Of a stretch of DNA of 64,000 bases, positions 51,139 through 61,172 are shown piece after piece; positions within the stretch are counted from its first letter, which is position 1, and every line of letters begins with the position of its first letter. Source of the stretch: Terriglobia bacterium. Lineage in GTDB: Bacteria; Acidobacteriota; Polarisedimenticolia; Polarisedimenticolales; JAIQFR01. The notes beneath the pieces are model-generated. The model was not told the origin of the DNA and did no database searches. It saw nothing but the letters and a program-made list of their open reading frames with translations. The position numbers were made by a program, and so were the translations under genes. Location of the stretch: contig CAVVHE010000004.1 in the NCBI GenBank assembly GCA_963748015.1, positions 928,001-992,000 on the forward strand. Direction: 5' to 3'.

Positions 51139-51900
51139 ATGACGACCCACCCTTTCCAGAACTTCATGGTCCGGTACGGCGCGGGGGAGAGGATCTTCAC
51201 CGAGGGAGACCTCGCCACCACGATGTTCATCGTCCAGTCGGGCAAGGTCCGCCTGTTCCGGATGATCGGCGGGCAGAAGCGGGTTCACGGGACGATGGAG
51301 AAGGGGGACTTCTTCGGCGAGATGTCGATCCTCGAGGGGCTTCCGCGCACCGTCTCCGCGGAGGCGGTGGACGACGCGGAGCTCATCGAGATCAACAGCA
51401 TGACGTTCGACAAGATGATCAAGGGGAACATCGAGATCGCCATCCGCATGCTGCGGAAGCTCTCGATACGTCTCCGGGACGCCGAGCGCAGGATCGAGAG
51501 CCTCCAGAGCGCGGACGCCCATCCGGTCGCCGCCTCCCGCCCAGCCCCGCCCAGGCAGGTCGAGGCCACCGTGGGAGCTGGGAAAGGACCGCGCCTCGAA
51601 GTGGAAGGGGACGCGACCACGTTTTCCATCGCGGGAGCGGAGACCCTGATCGGACGCTACGACCCGGTCACCGAGCTGAAGCCCGACGTGGACCTCACGC
51701 AGGTCGACCTGAAGCGAAGCGTGTCGCGCCGCCACGCCCTCATCGTCAGGACCGCCGAGGGGTGGGTGGTCACGGAGGAAGTCGGCGCGCTGAACGGCAC
51801 CTTCGTCAACGGCACGAAGCTGGTGACGGGACGGCCCCACCCGCTCGCGGACGGCGACAAGGTGGGCCTCGGCATGGTCAAGCTCGTGTTCCGGGGGTGA
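51139..51900 (+). CDS. Cyclic-nucleotide-binding domain + FHA domain protein
   Basis: IFTEGD..GDFFGEMSILEGLPRTVSA (cNMP); LIGR..SVSRRHA..NGTFVNG (FHA). Confidence 0.85.
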   Translation: MTTHPFQNFMVRYGAGERIFTEGDLATTMFIVQSGKVRLFRMIGGQKRVHGTMEKGDFFGEMSILEGLPRTVSAEAVDDAELIEINSMTFDKMIKGNIEIAIRMLRKLSIRLRDAERRIESLQSADAHPVAASRPAPPRQVEATVGAGKGPRLEVEGDATTFSIAGAETLIGRYDPVTELKPDVDLTQVDLKRSVSRRHALIVRTAEGWVVTEEVGALNGTFVNGTKLVTGRPHPLADGDKVGLGMVKLVFRG

Positions 51901-51907
51901 GATCGCG

Positions 51908-52498
51908 ATGCGAAGGCGCACGGCCGCTCTCGTTCTCGGCGCCGCGCTGCTCTCCGCGGCAGGACCTCCCCTCCGATCCGGCGAGCGCCTCCCCTATACC
52001 CTCGCCCTGAGGATCCGTTTCGAGACCGCCTCGCCCTCGGCGAGCGTGGCGGACGAGGTGGCGTCGTCGGTGCTCGCGGAGCTGCGGGCGAAGGGCTGCT
52101 TCCGCGAGGTCCGCCTCGCGCCCCCGGAGGGCGCTCCCGAGGGGGACGTGCTGCTCGAGCTGGTCCTCTCCGAGATGCAGGAGGAGGTCCGGTACGAGCA
52201 GAGCGTTGCCGAGCGGGCGCAGCCTCTCGACCCCGGGACCGCCGCGCTGGCGTACGTGGCCACCCTCTCGTTCCAAACGAGTCTCGCCCTGGCCTCGCTG
52301 CCGGGAGGGGACGTCGCCCGGACGGGGGACTTCCACGTCAGCGTCGAGCGGCGCCCGCGCGCCGTGGGGGACGACGCGCGTGCCGGGGCGCGGATGGACG
52401 CCATGCGCGACCTCGCGCGCAAGACCCGCGCGACGCTGTGCAAGGGTTCGGCGTCGAAGCTCGCCGGCGAGATCGAGGCGGTCCGCCGCGCGCCGTGA
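51908..52498 (+). CDS. Hypothetical exported protein
   Basis: Signal-peptide-like N-terminus, typical codon usage, fills the gap between genes. Confidence 0.55.
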   Translation: MRRRTAALVLGAALLSAAGPPLRSGERLPYTLALRIRFETASPSASVADEVASSVLAELRAKGCFREVRLAPPEGAPEGDVLLELVLSEMQEEVRYEQSVAERAQPLDPGTAALAYVATLSFQTSLALASLPGGDVARTGDFHVSVERRPRAVGDDARAGARMDAMRDLARKTRATLCKGSASKLAGEIEAVRRAP

Positions 52499-52511
52499 CG
52501 CGCCGGGCGCG

Positions 52512-52540
52512 TTGACCGCCCCTGCGCGGCATGTTAGATT
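52512..52540 (+). promoter_or_regulatory. Putative sigma70 promoter for trpS-scpAB-rluB
   Basis: TTGACC-N17-TAGATT with TGn extension. Confidence 0.6.
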
Positions 52541-52610
52541 GCGCCGCCCGCTTCGCCGCGTGTACGAGCCGCTCCGGCACGGCACCCGGCCGGCGCTCCG
52601 GGAACTCACG

Positions 52611-53612
52611 ATGACCACCTTGCCGCGCCCGCGGATCCTCTCGGGCATGCGGCCGACCGGCCCCCTGCACATCGGCCACCTGGTCGGGGCGCTCGAGAAC
52701 TGGGTGCGCCTGCAGGCCACGCACGAGTGCTTCTTCGCGATCGTCGACTGGCACGCGCTGACCACCGACTATGCCGATCCCTCGCGGATCCGGGCCTACG
52801 TCCGGGAGATAGCCCTCGACTGGCTCGCGGCCGGCATCGACCCGGAGCGAAGCGACGTCTTCGTCCAGTCCGCGGTGAAGGAGCACGCCGAGCTCCACCT
52901 GCTTCTCTCGATGATCGTCCCCCTCGGCTGGCTCGAGCGGGTGCCGACCTACAAGGACCAGCAGGAGCAGCTCAGCGAGACCAGGGACCTGCACACCTAC
53001 GGGTTCCTCGGGTACCCGCTCCTGCAGGCGGCCGACATCCTCGCGTACAAGGCGGGCTTCGTGCCGGTCGGTGAGGATCAGGTACCGCACCTCGAGATGT
53101 GCCGCGAGATCGCCCGTCGGTTCAACCATCTCTACGGCGGGATCTTCCCCGAGCCCCAGGCGCTGCTCACCTCGACACCTCGCGTTCCGGGGCTCGACGG
53201 CCGGAAGATGAGCAAGTCCTTCGGGAACGCGGTGTTCCTCGGCGAGAATCCGGCCGACATCGACGAGAAGGTCCTGAGGCGCATGGTCACGGACCCCGCG
53301 AGGAAGCGCCGAAACGATCCCGGGAATCCGGACGTCTGCCCGGTGTTCGACCTCCACAACGTCTTCTCGTCGCCGGAAGAGAGATCCTGGGCCGGCGCGG
53401 GGTGCCGCAGCGCCGGAATCGGCTGCGTGGAGTGCAAGTCGATGCTCCTGGGCAACCTCCACGCGAAGCTCGCGCCGCTGCTCGCGCGGCGCGCGGAGCT
53501 CGAGAAGGACCCGGAGGCGGTGGACGCGATCCTGTCCCGGGGCGCCGCAAAGGCCCGGGAGGTCGCCGCCTCGACCCTGGCCGAGGTCCGCTCGGCCATC
53601 GGCCTGGGCTGA
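52611..53612 (+). CDS. trpS: Tryptophan--tRNA ligase
   Basis: SGMRPTGPLHIGH, YPLLQAADI, VPVGEDQ, KMSKS. Confidence 0.96.
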   Translation: MTTLPRPRILSGMRPTGPLHIGHLVGALENWVRLQATHECFFAIVDWHALTTDYADPSRIRAYVREIALDWLAAGIDPERSDVFVQSAVKEHAELHLLLSMIVPLGWLERVPTYKDQQEQLSETRDLHTYGFLGYPLLQAADILAYKAGFVPVGEDQVPHLEMCREIARRFNHLYGGIFPEPQALLTSTPRVPGLDGRKMSKSFGNAVFLGENPADIDEKVLRRMVTDPARKRRNDPGNPDVCPVFDLHNVFSSPEERSWAGAGCRSAGIGCVECKSMLLGNLHAKLAPLLARRAELEKDPEAVDAILSRGAAKAREVAASTLAEVRSAIGLG

Positions 53613-54438
53613 TGGGCGAGAGCCGCGAGGCCGCGCCGGCGGCGCCGGGCGCCGGCATCGGCGACGAGTCGGTCCGGGTGAAGGTCGGAGGGTTCGAGGG
53701 GCCGCTCGACCTGCTCCTCCACCTCGTGCGCATCAACGAGGTGGACATCAAGGACATCCCGATCGTCGAGATCACCGCGCAGTACAACGCCTACCTCGAC
53801 CTCATGCGGCAGCTCGACCTGGAGGTCGCCGGCGAGTACCTCGTCATGGCGGCGACCCTCATGCACATCAAGTCCAAGATGCTCCTCCCCGTCGAGCCGC
53901 TCCCCGAGGGAGAGGAGCCCGAGGATCCTCGAGCCGAGCTCACGCAGCAGCTCCTCGAGTACCAGAGATTCAGGCAGGCGGCCGAGAACCTGCAGGCGAT
54001 CGACAGCATCAGGAGCCTCATCTGGACCCGCGAGGGCCCGCCCCGCCGGAATTCGCCGGGGAAGAGATGGTGGTCGCGGACCTCTACGACCTGATCTCGG
54101 CGTTCCGGAAGCTCCTCGGGCGGATGGGCGACGAGGCGAGGCTCAGGCTGAGGTCGGACGACGTGTCGGTCGCGGACAAGATCGGCTGGCTCACCGACCT
54201 TCTCGAGGCCTCGGGATCGCTCAACCTCCTGGTCGTCCTCACGGAGGTCCCGGACCGGATCCACCGGATCGCGACGTTCCTCGCGGTCCTCGAGATGATC
54301 CGGCTCCGCCTGATCGTCGCGCTGCAGCGCGCCCACCTCGGCGAGATCTGGATCGCGCGCCGCGAGGACGTCGGTCCGGCCGGTCCGTCGGAGGAGACGA
54401 ACGGCGCCGCGCCTGCGGCGCGGGAGGACGAAGCGTGA
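53612..54438 (+). CDS. scpA: Segregation and condensation protein A, apparent frameshift at C4 run 54041-54044
   Basis: FEGPLDLLLHL, EYLVMAATL..KSKMLLP in one frame; TFLAVLEM in the -1 frame. Confidence 0.9.
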
Positions 54439-55181
54439 GCGACGGTACGAACGGGCTGCCGCCGGATGATTCGCTCGTCGCGGCCGTCGAGGCGGTGCTG
54501 TTCGCCGCCGGAGAGCCGGTGCACCCGCGGGAAATCGCCGCGGCGTTCGAGGGGGAGAGCGAGGAGCGGATCGCGGAGGCGATCGACGCCCTCGAGCGGC
54601 GCCACGCGGAAAGCGCATCCGGGCTGCAGGTGGAGCGCGTCGCCGGCGCGTTCCGGCTGGCGACGCGGCAGGACGTGGGCGCCTGGGTACGCCGCTTCTT
54701 CCGCCAGCGCAACCGGACGCGCCTGTCGCCGGCGGCGCTCGAGACGCTCGCGATCGTCGCGTACCGCCAGCCCGTGACGGCGCCCGAGATCCAGGCGATC
54801 CGCGGGGTGGATCCGGTCGCCGCGCTCAAGAGCCTCCTCGACAAGAAGATGCTGCGCATCCTGGGGCGGAAGAAGGTCGTCGGGAATCCGCTCCTGTACG
54901 GCACGTCGCGGCAGTTCCTCGTTCACTTCGGCCTGAACTCCCTCGAGGACCTGCCGTCGATCGAGGATTTCGAGCAGTTCCTCGGCGCCCTCGACGGGAT
55001 GCCCGCGCCGCTGTTCGGGGCGGGGGAGGGGCGCGTCGAAACCGACGACGGGGAACCCGGGATCGCGGACGATGGCCAGGAGCCGCTCGTCGAGCCGGCG
55101 AGGTCCGCCGACGCCGCGGACGACGTCGCGCCGGACGACCCGTTCGGCGCCGAAGAGGCCGACCGCCGCGGAGACGCCTGA
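54435..55181 (+). CDS. scpB: Segregation and condensation protein B
   Basis: EAVLFAAGEP, LSPAALETLAIVAYRQPVT..IRGV, GNPLLYGTS, FGLNSLEDLP. Confidence 0.95.
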   Translation: MSDGTNGLPPDDSLVAAVEAVLFAAGEPVHPREIAAAFEGESEERIAEAIDALERRHAESASGLQVERVAGAFRLATRQDVGAWVRRFFRQRNRTRLSPAALETLAIVAYRQPVTAPEIQAIRGVDPVAALKSLLDKKMLRILGRKKVVGNPLLYGTSRQFLVHFGLNSLEDLPSIEDFEQFLGALDGMPAPLFGAGEGRVETDDGEPGIADDGQEPLVEPARSADAADDVAPDDPFGAEEADRRGDA

Positions 55182-55933
55182 TGGAGCGTCTTCAGAAAGT
55201 CCTCGCCCGCGCGGGGATCGCGTCCCGCCGGGCCTCCGAGCGCCTGATCCTGGACGGCCGGGTCATGGTCAACGGCGCGACCGTCACCCGCCTCGGCACC
55301 TCGGTGGACCCCTCGCACGACGTGGTCAAGGTGGACGGCAAGCGCATTCCGGCGCCCGCTCCCGCCCGCGGCGTCCTGATGCTCAACAAGCCGAGAGGCT
55401 ACGTGACCACCGCCCGCGACCCCGAGGGCCGGCCCACCGTGATGGACCTGTTGAGCGGAATCGGCCACCGGGTGTTCCCGGTGGGGCGGCTGGACTTCGC
55501 CAGCGAAGGGCTGCTCCTCCTGACCGACGACGGGGACCTCGCGCGCGATCTCATGCGCCCTGCGAGCGGCGTCCCGAAGACCTACCTGGCGAAGGTGAGG
55601 GGCGTGCCGGCTCGCGAAGACCTGGCGCGGATGTGCCGCGGGGTGGTGCTCGAGGGAAGGCGCACGCTGCCCGCGCGCGCACGCGTCGCGCGCCCCGGCC
55701 CGAACGCGTGGGTCGAGGTCACGGTCGTCGAGGGACGCAAGCACCAGGTGCGCAAGATGCTCGAGGCCATCGGCCATCCCGTGCAGCGCCTTCGCCGGGT
55801 CCGCTACGCGGACATCGAGCTGGGCGACCTCGCCTCGGGACGCTTCCGGTGGCTCTCCTCCGAGGAGGTGGCCCGCCTCCGCCGCGCCGCGCAGCCTCCT
55901 CGCCGGCCCGGGGGAGACCGGAAATCCGCTTAA
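55181..55933 (+). CDS. rluB: 23S rRNA pseudouridine synthase (RluB/RsuA family)
   Basis: ERLQKVLARAGIASRR, NKPRG, PVGRLD, EGRKHQVR. Confidence 0.9.
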   Translation: MERLQKVLARAGIASRRASERLILDGRVMVNGATVTRLGTSVDPSHDVVKVDGKRIPAPAPARGVLMLNKPRGYVTTARDPEGRPTVMDLLSGIGHRVFPVGRLDFASEGLLLLTDDGDLARDLMRPASGVPKTYLAKVRGVPAREDLARMCRGVVLEGRRTLPARARVARPGPNAWVEVTVVEGRKHQVRKMLEAIGHPVQRLRRVRYADIELGDLASGRFRWLSSEEVARLRRAAQPPRRPGGDRKSA

Positions 55934-55955
55934 TCCCCTGAAAACGCGACGGTTC

Positions 55956-55984
55956 TTGACACGGGGCGCCCGCTTCTCTAGGAT
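55956..55984 (+). promoter_or_regulatory. Putative sigma70 promoter for rpsA
   Basis: TTGACA-N17-TAGGAT. Confidence 0.7.
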
Positions 55985-56101
55985 GGTGGCTTTGTCGGCG
56001 CGCTTGGCGCGACCGGCAGCCCGGTCCACGCGACCCGGCAACACAGCGGACTCTCGCGACGGCATGCGCGAGAGCCCCTCCAGGAGGTAGGAACGCAGAC
56101 C

Positions 56102-57946
56102 ATGGACACCCATCCGCAACCGCCCGAGGTGAACAGCGACGCCACCGCCACCAAGGCGTCGGACGACAGCACGATCCCCGCCGGACTCGAGACGAGCGAG
56201 TCCGAGAACGCGGGGGCAGCCGAGCCCGCGGAGGACGGCGAGGACTTCGGCCAGGCCTTGAAGCAGTGGGAAACCGACCTCAAGCCCCTCAAGGAAGGAG
56301 AGGTCGTCCAGGGCCGCGTGATCAAGATCCTCGACAAGGAAGTCATCGTGGACGTCGGCTACAAGTCCGAGGGCGTGATCGACATCGACGAGGTGCGCGC
56401 GCCGGACGGAAGCCTCACGGTGAAGGAGGGCGACCGCATCGAGGTTCTCCTGGAGAAGACGGAGAACAACGACGGGTACGTGGTCCTCTCGCGCGAGAAG
56501 GCCGAGAAGATGAAGATATGGGACGAGGTCGAGCGGGCCTTCGAGACCGGCGAGCCGGTTCTCGGGCGGGTCGTGGACCGGATCAAGGGCGGGCTGAAGG
56601 TGGACATCGGCGTCCCGGCCTTCCTTCCGGGCTCCCTCGTGGACGTGCGCCCCGTGCGGAACCTCGACGCCCTCAAGGGGCAGCAGTACCGCATGCGCGT
56701 GATCAAGGTGAACAAGCGGCGCGGCAACATCGTCCTCTCCCGGAAGGCGGTTCTCGAAGAAGAGAACGCCGAGAAGAAGAAGAAGACGCTCGCCGATCTC
56801 GAGGAGGGGAAGGTCCTCCGCGGCGTCGTCAAGAACCTCACCGAGTACGGCGCGTTCATCGACCTCGGGGGGATCGACGGCCTGCTGCACATCACCGACA
56901 TGGCGTGGGGGCGGATCAGCCATCCCTCCGAGAAGTTCCAGATCGGGGACGAGGTGGACGTGATCGTGCTCAAGTTCGACCGCGAGCGCGAGCGGGTCTC
57001 CCTCGGATTCAAGCAGCTCCAGGAAGACCCCTGGGAGAGCGCGGCCACCAAGTACCCGCCGCACACACGGATTCGCGGCAAGGTCGTCAGCCTGACCGAC
57101 TACGGCGCCTTCGTCGAGGTCGAGGAAGGGGTCGAGGGGCTCATCCACGTGTCCGAGATGTCGTGGACCAAGCGGGTGAAGCACCCTTCCAAGATCCTCT
57201 CGGTGAGCGACTGGGTCGAGTGCGTGGTCCTCGAGATCGACCAGGAAGGGCGGCGCCTCTCGCTCGGCCTGAAGCAGACCGAGCCGAACCCGTGGGACAT
57301 GATCGACACGAAGTACCGCGTCGGCGACATGATTCGCGGGAAGGTGCGGAACATCACCGACTTCGGCGTGTTCGTCGAGGTCGAGGAAGGGATCGACGGC
57401 CTCGTGCACATCTCGGACCTCTCCTGGACCCGGCGCGTGAAGCACCCGAGCGAGGTGTTCAAGAAGGGAGACGACGTCGAGGCGGTCATCCTGAAGATCG
57501 ACTCCGAGAATCAGCGACTCTCCCTGGGCGTCAAGCAGCTCCAGCCCAACGTCATCGAGGACTTCTTCCGAAGCCACGGCGTGGGGGACACCCTCAACGG
57601 CCGCATCGTCCGCTTGACCGAGTTCGGAGCCTTCGTCGAGCTGTTCGAGGGAATCGAGGGGCTGGTCCACATCTCCGAGATGGCCAAGGAGCGGATCGAG
57701 AAGCCCGAGGACCTCTTCGCGGTGGACCAGAGGGTCCGCGTGAAGATCATCAAGGTCGACCCCGTCGAGAAGAAGATCGGCCTCTCCATCAAGGCGGCCC
57801 TCGACGAGCCCGAAGAGGCGACGGTGGAGTCCTACAGGGGCGGACAGGAAGGGGACGGAAGCGCGACGCTCGGCGACATCATGAGGCAAGGCCTCCTGTC
57901 GTCGGGTGCGGACAGCTCCGCCGAGAAGCCGGCCGAGGAGGAGTGA
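56102..57946 (+). CDS. rpsA: 30S ribosomal protein S1
   Basis: Six S1 repeats (YGAF..GLLHITD, EGLIHVSEMSW etc.). Confidence 0.97.
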   Translation: MDTHPQPPEVNSDATATKASDDSTIPAGLETSESENAGAAEPAEDGEDFGQALKQWETDLKPLKEGEVVQGRVIKILDKEVIVDVGYKSEGVIDIDEVRAPDGSLTVKEGDRIEVLLEKTENNDGYVVLSREKAEKMKIWDEVERAFETGEPVLGRVVDRIKGGLKVDIGVPAFLPGSLVDVRPVRNLDALKGQQYRMRVIKVNKRRGNIVLSRKAVLEEENAEKKKKTLADLEEGKVLRGVVKNLTEYGAFIDLGGIDGLLHITDMAWGRISHPSEKFQIGDEVDVIVLKFDRERERVSLGFKQLQEDPWESAATKYPPHTRIRGKVVSLTDYGAFVEVEEGVEGLIHVSEMSWTKRVKHPSKILSVSDWVECVVLEIDQEGRRLSLGLKQTEPNPWDMIDTKYRVGDMIRGKVRNITDFGVFVEVEEGIDGLVHISDLSWTRRVKHPSEVFKKGDDVEAVILKIDSENQRLSLGVKQLQPNVIEDFFRSHGVGDTLNGRIVRLTEFGAFVELFEGIEGLVHISEMAKERIEKPEDLFAVDQRVRVKIIKVDPVEKKIGLSIKAALDEPEEATVESYRGGQEGDGSATLGDIMRQGLLSSGADSSAEKPAEEE

Positions 57947-58008
57947 GGCGCGACGATGGGGGGGGCGCCGGAGCGACCTCTGGCCACCCGCCGGGCGGAG
58001 GGGAATCG

Positions 58009-58350
58009 ATGACCAAGGCCGACCTGGTGGACGAAGTGATCAGGGTCTCGAGCCTCAGCAAGAAACAGGCGGAAATCATCGTCAACACGGTCTTCGACTC
58101 GATCGTCGAGGCCCTGACCCACGACGACAAGATCGAGCTTCGCGGGTTCGGCAGCTTCAGGGTGCGACGCCGCCGGTCGCGCCAGGGAAGGAACCCGAAG
58201 ACGGGCGACCGCGTGGCCGTGCCCGCGAAGCGCATCCCCTACTTCAAGCCGGGGAAAGAGCTGAAGGACCTGATCAACGGCGGTCCCGAGGCTGGGCCGC
58301 GGGAAGTCGCCGTGGGCGGGCCGTCCGGAGAGCCGCCGCAGCGGCCCTGA
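58009..58350 (+). CDS. ihfB: Integration host factor beta-like protein
   Basis: MTKADL..IELRGFGSF..GRNPKTG..PYFKPGKELK; follows rpsA. Confidence 0.85.
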   Translation: MTKADLVDEVIRVSSLSKKQAEIIVNTVFDSIVEALTHDDKIELRGFGSFRVRRRRSRQGRNPKTGDRVAVPAKRIPYFKPGKELKDLINGGPEAGPREVAVGGPSGEPPQRP

Positions 58351-58390
58351 TCGCGGCGAGGGACACCGCGGCGAAGCGGGGAGGGCGTCC

Positions 58391-58873
58391 GTGGATCACC
58401 TCTTCTCTCCCTGGCGCTACGCCTACGTCACGAGCCCCAAAACCGACGACGGGTGCGCGCTTTGCCGGATCGGCTCGGCCGATCCTTCGAGCGACGAGAG
58501 CGCGTTCGTCGTCGCGCGCGGGCGCCACCACTTCGTCGTGCTCAACATCTACCCGTACAACACGGGTCACCTGATGATCGTGCCGTACCGACACGTCCCG
58601 AGGCTCGCGGATCTCGGCGACGAGATCCTCACCGAGATGGCCCTGACCGCCGCTCGCGCCGAGGCGGCGCTCTCGGAGGTCTACCGGCCCGAGGGCATCA
58701 ACCTCGGCATGAACCTCGGAAAGTGCGCGGGCGCGGGAATAGCCGACCATCTCCACCTCCACGTGGTGCCCCGCTGGGCGGCCGACACGAACTTCATCAC
58801 GGTCGCCGGCGAGACGCGCGTCCTGCCCGAGGATCTCCTCGAGACCTGGCGCCGCCTCCGCGGGCGGATCTGA
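58391..58873 (+). CDS. HIT-family hydrolase (Ap4A hydrolase/phosphorylase-like)
   Basis: NIYPYNTGH, HLHLHVVPRW. Confidence 0.9.
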   Translation: MDHLFSPWRYAYVTSPKTDDGCALCRIGSADPSSDESAFVVARGRHHFVVLNIYPYNTGHLMIVPYRHVPRLADLGDEILTEMALTAARAEAALSEVYRPEGINLGMNLGKCAGAGIADHLHLHVVPRWAADTNFITVAGETRVLPEDLLETWRRLRGRI

Positions 58874-58895
58874 CTCCCGGCACGGCGGATCGATC

Positions 58896-60272
58896 ATGAG
58901 CAGGAGTCCCGGGACCACCCCGCCCAATCCTCGCGGCAGCGCGCGCTACCACATCGAGACGTGGGGCTGCCAGATGAACGTCCACGACTCCGAGAAGCTC
59001 GCCGGGCTGCTCGAGTCGGAAGGGTACGGCCGCGCGGAGGGGATCCACGACGCCGACGTCGTCCTACTCAACACCTGTTCGGTGAGGGAAAAGGCAGCGG
59101 AGAAGTTCTTCTCCGAGCTCGGCCGGCTCAAGCCCTGGAAGCGTGGCCGCCCCGACGCCGTCCTCGGCGTCTGCGGCTGCGTGGGCCAGGAGCAGGGAGC
59201 TGCGCTTCTCGAGCGCGCGCCCCACGTCGACTTCGTTCTGGGTCCTCGCGCCGCGCCGGGCTCGCTCGCCGAGCTGCTGAGAAGGCTCCTCGCCGGCGAC
59301 GCGTCGGCGCGGCACACGGTGGACATCGAGTACCGCGACGATTCCATCCGCTTCCCGTTCGACCGGATCCTGAGGGAAGGGGAGGGAAGCGGCAAGGCCT
59401 ACGTGACCGTCGTCGAGGGGTGCAATCATCGCTGCTCCTTCTGCATCGTCCCGACGACCCGCGGGCGCGAGGTTTGCCGCGACCTCGACGACGTTCTCGC
59501 CGAGGTCCGCAGCCTCGCGGCGCGGGGGATCCTCGAGGTGGAGTTCCTCGGGCAGACCGTGAACGCCTACCGGGACGGCGCGGGACGAACCCTCGCCGAC
59601 CTCCTGCCCCGGGCGGCCGCGGTGGACGGGATCCGTCGGATCCGTTTCACCACCTCGCACCCGGCGCAGATGACCGATGGGCTCGTGGACGCGATGTCGG
59701 CGGCGCGACCCAAGCTCTGCCCCTACCTCCACCTCCCGTTCCAGTCCGGCTCCTCGGCCGTCCTCCGTGCGATGAAGCGCGGATACGATCGCGAGGGGTA
59801 CCTGGACCGGATCGGGAAGATCCGCGCGCGCATTCCCGAGATGACCTTCGGCACCGACGTCATCGTCGGGTTCCCGGGGGAGGGGGAGGAGGAGTTCCGC
59901 GAGACGCTCGATCTCGTCGAGACGGTCGGGTTCGAGACCGTCTACTCCTTCGCCTATTCCCCCCGCCCGGGCACGGCGGCATTGGCCCTCGGCGACCCGG
60001 TTCCCAAGGCCGTCAAGCTCGAACGGCTGGCGCGCCTGCAGGCGATGCAGAAGCGGATCCAGGAGACCAGGAACGCGGCGTGGATCGGGCGCGTCGTCGA
60101 GGTGCTCGTGGAGGGTCCGGGCGCCCGGAACCCGTCGACCTGGAGCGGCCGAACCCCGGAGAGCCGCGTCGTGAACTTCTCCGGAGCCGCGGCCCCCGGC
60201 CGGATCGTGGCCGTCGAGGTGACGCGCGCCTCCGCCTACGCCTTCTACGGCAGGGCGGTGACCTCGGCTTGA
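58896..60272 (+). CDS. miaB: tRNA methylthiotransferase MiaB
   Basis: GCQMNVHDSE, NTCSVREKA, CNHRCSFCIVP, RFTTSHP, YSPRPGT, TRAM domain. Confidence 0.95.
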   Translation: MSRSPGTTPPNPRGSARYHIETWGCQMNVHDSEKLAGLLESEGYGRAEGIHDADVVLLNTCSVREKAAEKFFSELGRLKPWKRGRPDAVLGVCGCVGQEQGAALLERAPHVDFVLGPRAAPGSLAELLRRLLAGDASARHTVDIEYRDDSIRFPFDRILREGEGSGKAYVTVVEGCNHRCSFCIVPTTRGREVCRDLDDVLAEVRSLAARGILEVEFLGQTVNAYRDGAGRTLADLLPRAAAVDGIRRIRFTTSHPAQMTDGLVDAMSAARPKLCPYLHLPFQSGSSAVLRAMKRGYDREGYLDRIGKIRARIPEMTFGTDVIVGFPGEGEEEFRETLDLVETVGFETVYSFAYSPRPGTAALALGDPVPKAVKLERLARLQAMQKRIQETRNAAWIGRVVEVLVEGPGARNPSTWSGRTPESRVVNFSGAAAPGRIVAVEVTRASAYAFYGRAVTSA

Positions 60273-60381
60273 CCCGGGTCGAACCCGGCGTGTATATTCC
60301 CGACGCCACGGGGCTTCCGGTCATCGGTGTAGAAGTTGCGGGCTCCGCGCGGGGCGACCTCGGCACACAGGGGAGGGAGCG

Positions 60382-60867
60382 ATGCCGGTCGAGATGAAGA
60401 TCAAGGGGCTGATGATCGACCCGGTTTCGAACATGCCGATCATCATCCTCCGCCAGGTCGGCTCCGAGATGGTCCTTCCGATCTGGGTCGGGATCTTCGA
60501 AGCCAACGCCATCGCCATGCAGATCGAGAAAATCCAGTCCCCGCGCCCGATGACTCACGACCTTCTCTGCAACGTCATCACCGACCTGCGTGCGAAGGTG
60601 GAGAAGGTCGTCATCACCGACCTCAAGGACAACACGTTCTTCGCCACGATCCATCTCGTCCGCGATGCCGAGAAGCTCGCCGTGGACGCGCGCCCGAGCG
60701 ACGCCATGGCCCTCGCCCTCCGGTTGAACGCCCCGATCCTCGTCGAGGAGTCGGTGCTCGAGCGATCCTCGGTGACCGGCGAGGACCGAGACATCGACGA
60801 GACCGAGCGGCTCCGCAGGTGGCTGGAGCAGGTCGACCCCGAGGAGCTCGGCAAGTACGAGATGTAG
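60382..60867 (+). CDS. Bifunctional nuclease domain (DUF151) protein
   Basis: LPIWVGIFEA, PRPMTHDL, DARPSDAMALA. Confidence 0.9.
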   Translation: MPVEMKIKGLMIDPVSNMPIIILRQVGSEMVLPIWVGIFEANAIAMQIEKIQSPRPMTHDLLCNVITDLRAKVEKVVITDLKDNTFFATIHLVRDAEKLAVDARPSDAMALALRLNAPILVEESVLERSSVTGEDRDIDETERLRRWLEQVDPEELGKYEM

Positions 60868-60995
60868 GCCCGGGGGACACGCCGTCGCGGCCCCGAGTTC
60901 CGCTTGCCCGTCCATGTCTCTCCCTCACCGGCAGAATGCCGACAATTGTGTCGGCGCATCGACGCGAAACGTCTCCAAAGCCCTGCAAACGCTAC

Positions 60996-61024
60996 TTGAC
61001 AAGGTGCGGGCCTGTCGGTAAACT
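60996..61024 (+). promoter_or_regulatory. sigma70 promoter for parAB
   Basis: TTGACA-N17-TAAACT. Confidence 0.75.
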
Positions 61025-61042
61025 CTCGCTTCCAGGACGTCA

Positions 61043-61089
61043 CCGCTATATCTTGTGCGACTTTTGGGGTTTTACCCTACATCGCGTAT
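61043..61089 (+). promoter_or_regulatory. Tandem NrdR-like boxes in the parAB leader
   Basis: CCGCTATATCTTGTGC (61043) and ACCCTACATCGCGTAT (61074), 31 bp apart; compared with consensus acaCwAtATaTwGtgt. Confidence 0.55.
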
Positions 61090-61172
61090 GACGAACAAGG
61101 TGCCATCCCATCAGGCGCCACCCGCCCGGCCAGTTGCCGTCCCGCGCAGGCCCCAGCGCACGTGAGGAAGCC

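Noticed and set aside
48183..52010. 1275-aa ORF suggesting a giant MglA fusion
   Set aside because: After about 49360 it becomes Arg/Gly-rich shadow sequence overlapping three better genes. It results from the frameshift.
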